Shown here piece by piece: positions 59,292-64,000 of a stretch of 64,000 bases of DNA. The position numbers and the translations under genes were made by a program. This DNA comes from Psammoneis japonica (Eukaryota): NCBI GenBank assembly GCA_008632985.1, contig QPGO01000203.1, forward strand, positions 62,001 through 126,000, given 5' to 3'. The notes beneath the pieces are model-generated. The model saw only the letters and a list, made by a program, of their open reading frames with translations, was not told the DNA's origin and did not search any database. How positions within the stretch are numbered: position 1 is the stretch's first letter; each line of letters starts with the position of its first letter.

Positions 59292-61740
59292 GTTGCGGAA
59301 GGATTATTTTGGTTGGCGATATCGCTTTGGCGGCAACAAAGCGAAAACCCATTTTACACGGCTGAGGTCGTAGCAGCACTACTCAACAACAATGGTAACA
59401 AAGCTGGCGGAGCATTGGTTCTGAATCGTCTTTCTAAGTTCCAAAACACGTTGAAAGCAAAAGAAGACGCGAGGTCGGGTTCTTATGAAGACTAAGTCAG
59501 AAAATGCTGTTCCGAAAAAACCTTCGTTCGGAAGTGAAGTATGGTCACGCCTACAATGCTACATACCGGTATTGTAGGACGCCTTGGCGGAAAGATACTC
59601 TCACGTTTCATACTTCTCAACGGTATGTACAGCACAGAGTCGAACGTTTCGCTTGCGCCTTTGCTTGTACTCACTTTGGTCCTTGCAGTTTATAATCTGT
59701 TGTTTTCTAGAGAATAATATGCATCGACGCATTTCGAGCCTACAAGGAGCAATACTGAGACCACCTTAGGAACTGAAGAGGAATGGCATTGCGCTAATGA
59801 GAAAATGGAGCATGGAGCAACTGTTGATATTATTGCTGGGATGAGGAGCTTCGATAAAATGGCACGCACGTATAGATAGAGTTGTAAGGGCTTGTCGGCC
59901 ACGAGTCGGCTGCAACGCCATGTCTGAACCAGAAAAGAAGAAGAAGACACGACAACAAACTCAGCGGCCGATGCTGATGACGCTGACATGCCGAGACTGC
60001 TAACATGGTGACGGCTTCTTGCATTCCAAAAACATGCTCTGTAATAGCATTCAATATTCAGTTACATCTCACGTTGACTAGCATAGTACTCTACAAATAA
60101 GGCTAGCAAAGTAGATGACAAGGGAACCGCCGACTATTACAAATTACTCTCCCTCGTGCTCATCGAGGGAGTATTAGTATTCCTAGTTTCAAACAAACAC
60201 ACATAGTCGATTGCAGCTCTACCGGTACGAGCTTGATGGACGTCGACATCACGACTTACGCAAGACGGTCCTTGCGTTCATCGCTATCGTCAAAAGGGAG
60301 CGACTTGAAGACATCGGTGTTCTCCCAACCCCAGTTCTTCAGAATGTAGAAAAGCCTCTCGATCGCTTCGACATGGAACTTGTCAAAAACGTCCTTCGGC
60401 GAGGCAACTTGAAGCAGAGCAGGGAAATCCGATGGATGAATCCGTTCCAGCAACGAAAGCAGCTCTGCGCCGAGTGGAGCCACCCCCAAAAAGAAGACCT
60501 GCTCGTTCCACTCGCGAAGCAAGGCATTGTGCTTCTCCTCCCACCTTTTCTCTGCCTCCTCGCCGAGACGAAGAGCTTCCTCGTCGCCCCTCCTCGACTC
60601 CTCCAGCCTCGTCTCCACAGACAAAGCGCGTGCCACTTCCTCTCGCGCGGCGGCCAACAATGCCTGCTTGTTTTCGAGAGCCAAGGCACATCCCGTCTTA
60701 GCCTTGCTCAAACGTTTCCCTTCGGCCTCGCTTTCCCTGCGGTGCAACGTCAAAGAGCAACGACAAGAGGTGAGTGTCGAAAGCACAGTGCAAGAGTCGA
60801 TCTTAATTACAGCCAAGCACAAAAACTCACGCGAACTTCTTCTCGTACTCTCGTCGCACGGTCTTGGGGTTTCTCGACGCGTTCTCCAACACGACGTTCT
60901 TCGACCGATCCTCGTGATCAAGCTGGACATGATCGCAGATGGCGAGGAGATGACCCTGACTCTTCTCGTCCAAAGCACGAAATGCGGCGCTCAACTTCAT
61001 GGTGGATGATGATTGTACGGATATGATGTGCAATGGACTCGTCGCAAAGCGAAAATTATGAGGGCAAGGAATGAGCAGACTGAATGAGCAGTCACGGGAA
61101 ATTTGCCGACATGAGCAGTCTTCTTCCGTAGAACTTGTACCCGCTTCTACGAATTCCTATCTCAACTGACATTTGCAGCGACCGTTTCATTCCAGATATT
61201 CAAATCTTTTGTACTGGAAGCTACGTGATTTTCACGGATTCCTACTGAAACGGCAGGTTTTTCACGGTAACGGCAGCTCGAGTGCATTGTACTGAAAGCC
61301 ACGTGAATGCCACGGATTCCTCTTCCTAAAACGGCAAGTTTTCTCGATGGTAACGGCAGCTGAGGTGTGATGTATTGGAAGCCACGTGAACGCCACGGAT
61401 TCCTACGGAAACGGCTGCTTTGGAAGGTAACGGCAGCTCGAGTGCATTGTACTGGAAGCCACGTGAATGCTACGGATTCCTATTGAAACGGCAGTGTTGC
61501 TGGCAGTATGAAACCACCAGGACGCGTCTCCTTTTTTCCCTCCGACGTTTGTCGCGGACAGAATGCAAATCGGGAGTGTGTTTGATGTCATTGATTTTTG
61601 TGCTGCAGAACTTGCACTCGTCCTTTCTCCTACTCTTTGGTTTTGACTGGAGAGCACGGCGGTGGTTGATTTCCACGGGGCTGATTGATTCAAATACACC
61701 TGTCGTGGATTCGAGATATTCAAAAGCTGACGCCCACCAG
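59292..61740. repeat. Segmental duplication, copy B (DTW 3' fragment, coiled-coil gene, minisatellite)
   Basis: Direct repeat of 54048-56747 with a 261-bp deletion at about 60288. Confidence 0.97.
60256..61000 (-). CDS. Paralog of 54999-56004 with an in-frame 87-codon deletion
   Basis: Same exon structure. LPFDD is joined directly to SDERKDRLA. Confidence 0.55.
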
Positions 61741-62480
61741 AGTAGAACGTTAGACAATAAACAGAATAGCCAACGCATAACAAATGGCGTACTTACTGTC
61801 TCCATGAGCCTAGCGGTACTGGCACAGCCATTGGTAGTTCTCGTTCCAAGAGCAGTCGAGAACATCCCAAACAAACCCGATGTCCTCTAGCTTTTAACGT
61901 CGTTCCGCTGACATGCCGTCCTTGTTTTGCCTCTGTGTATTTACCCATGACCCAAGAACCGTCCTGGTGGGAACCAACGCTACAATACCATAAAAACGAA
62001 ATGCATAGAGTAGAACATTAGACAACTAAATCAGAATGGCCAAAGTATAACAAATGGCGACACTTACTGTCTCCATGAATCTCTCGGTGCTGACACAGCT
62101 GTTGGAATTTTTCATTCCAAAGGTAGTCGGAAACATCCCAAACAAATCCAACGTTGTCTAGCTTTTGACGTCTCTCAGAAGGCATAGTGTCCTTCTCCTG
62201 CCTCTGTCGTAACACCCGTGGCCCAAGACTCGTCTCATCCACACTAGGAACTAACGCTGCCAGCAAAGCGCAGAAAAATGAAAAGATACTTAGATCATTG
62301 TGACAAGAGAAGAAACGAATCGAAGCACAACAAGTCGCAATACTTACTGTCTCCATGAACTACAATGTAGAGCAACAGATTCTCATAATGTTTCTCCCAC
62401 AGAAAACATCCCAAACGAAGCTCCTTTTTCCCAATTCTATTTTTCTGTCGTTGGGCCACAGGCTCAGATATTGGGCAATG
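61741..62480 (-). pseudogene. Helicase-associated (HA) domain repeats, decayed
   Basis: MPSERRQKLDNVGFVWDVSDYLWNEKFQQLCQHREIHGDS, with related units at about 61770-61990, 62050-62260 and 62335-62480, disrupted by frameshifts. Confidence 0.75.
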
Positions 62481-62523
62481 CGTCAAGTCGGTACCGGCAC
62501 TGTAGGGGCCCTAACAGCTGTAC

Positions 62524-64000
62524 TGTTGGAAATGGTGAATTAAAAGTTCAAACACCGAAATCAGATAGCACGAAGAAGACGCATGCGTCAGCGCTCATCA
62601 TGTGCTCCACGTGAAGCACTAAAACTGCCGATGGAAGCAGTCATGTTGTTCTCTTTTAACTCTTAGAAAGCATTGTGATAACAAGCTTGTCTATTTTAGC
62701 CTCAGGATCAGACCTTAGAGGACTGAGGTGGCTCTGGAATGGTCACCAGAAGGACAAATTACAACAGTTGAAAGAGAACAATCCAGCTGAGAGCTGTGAA
62801 AAGAAAGCAAGAAAGAAAAGAGTCGCTCTCACGGTGTGTGAGACATTTTGCTGCTTTGCCTTTTTTATCATGAGTGGAAGAGGCAGAGGAAGAACTGGCA
62901 ACAGAAGCCAAGGAAGAGGACCCTCAGGAAGGGGAAACAAGAGAGCGGCAAGCAAAGCCACAAGGGCATCAATCATTGTGTCTGCTGTGTTGGAAGTGCC
63001 AAGCAAGCATCTGATTTTCAGATTGCTGCTGAGTTCATCATCAACTACATTAAGAAGACTTGTGAGTTTGGAAATGACATTGCAACTGCACTCAACACTT
63101 GCACTCCATGCGACATGAGTTCCAAGAAGCCGACTTTGCAGGTCAGCTTGGCTGGAGAGGACAAGGCAGAAGAGGTGTTGAGCAAACAGTGTGAAATTGA
63201 ATTTAAGACAGAATTTGATGCTCACATTAAGAGGACCCAGACTCATGAGAACAACCTTGTCAAGGCTTGTGCTTTGCTCTGGGAGAGATGCTCCAAGGCC
63301 ATGAAGAACAAGATTCAAGCAAGAACCGAGTTCCAAACCAAAATTGAAAACGATCCCATCGAATTGCTCAAGGCCATTGAGGAGCATGCATTGAACCATC
63401 AAGAGCACAGGTGTGACATGGCCATCATCTCAGATTCAATGAGAGCTGTGCTGGAAACCAAGCAGAAGGAGAAGGAGAGTCTCCGAGATCACACCAAGAG
63501 ATTCAGGGTTGCAAGAGACATCATAAAGTCTCACATTGGAGGACCAATTGTCCTTACCAAGGCAGTGCAAAGCATGTCAGAACATGACGAGCACAATGCA
63601 GATGCCATCAAGAAGTGTCAAGAAAAGGCGTTCAGCCAATTGATGGGTTACGTGCACTTTGAGAATGTAGACCAGTGCAAGCATGGATCAATTCTGACAG
63701 GATTGAACACCCAGCAGTCCCTCAAGAATGACCAACATCCCAAGTCTGTTGCAGAAGCCAACACGGTGTTGAGCAACCACACTTTTGACTGCATTGGTCA
63801 GCCTGATGACAACCGCGACAGGAACAATTGAAGCAACAACTCTGACTCCAAGAAACAAGAAGAAAGCCAAGAAATCATGATGTCCTTTGCTCAGTTAGAA
63901 GGCAAGTGTTGTTGCTGTGGCAAGGCCAGACACAATTCCAACAAGTGCTGGGAAAGGCCAGGAAAACCTCAAGCAGAATGGGCCATCAACAAGGCCAAAG
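62524..64000 (+). mobile_element. Left end of a Ty1/Copia (diatom CoDi-like) LTR retrotransposon with degenerate gag
   Basis: Candidate LTR TGTTGG(62524)...ACAACA(62766). gag starts at ATG 62870 (MSGRGRG), frameshifts, then reads GSAKQASD, LLWERCSKAM, DPIELLKAI, KQKEKESL.D.TKRF. In-frame TGA at 63829-63831, then zinc knuckle CCCCGKARHNSNKC. Confidence 0.88.

Overview
Eukaryotic nuclear DNA, most likely from a pennate diatom. This is an inference from short GT-AG introns, bipartite plastid presequences, Cys-rich secreted domains and a diatom Copia-type gag. Intact genes include eIF2-gamma, mitoribosomal mS33, a GH20 hexosaminidase, a GNAT-DTW fusion, a twin-Cx9C protein, a mucin-like secreted protein and a patatin-like GPI-type protein. 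They sit among many duplicated or broken gene pieces (GH5, purple acid phosphatase, LRR, three 2OG-Fe(II) oxygenase copies, TCP11, METH, F-box, BRF1, helicase-associated repeats), MITE-like elements and the left end of an LTR retrotransposon. The most striking signal is a directional dinucleotide hypermutation. A ~9.5-kb block (about 28400-37915) is almost free of both TpA and CpG. Paralogous copies inside the window show TA->TG/CA and CG->TG/CA changes directly. An LRR pseudogene and a dispersed repeat lose TA while keeping CG, and the retrotransposon gag has Cys/His at positions where Tyr is expected. This looks like a genome-defence-like process that acts on TpA, the opposite outcome to fungal RIP. 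All counts were made by eye, and no database search was possible.
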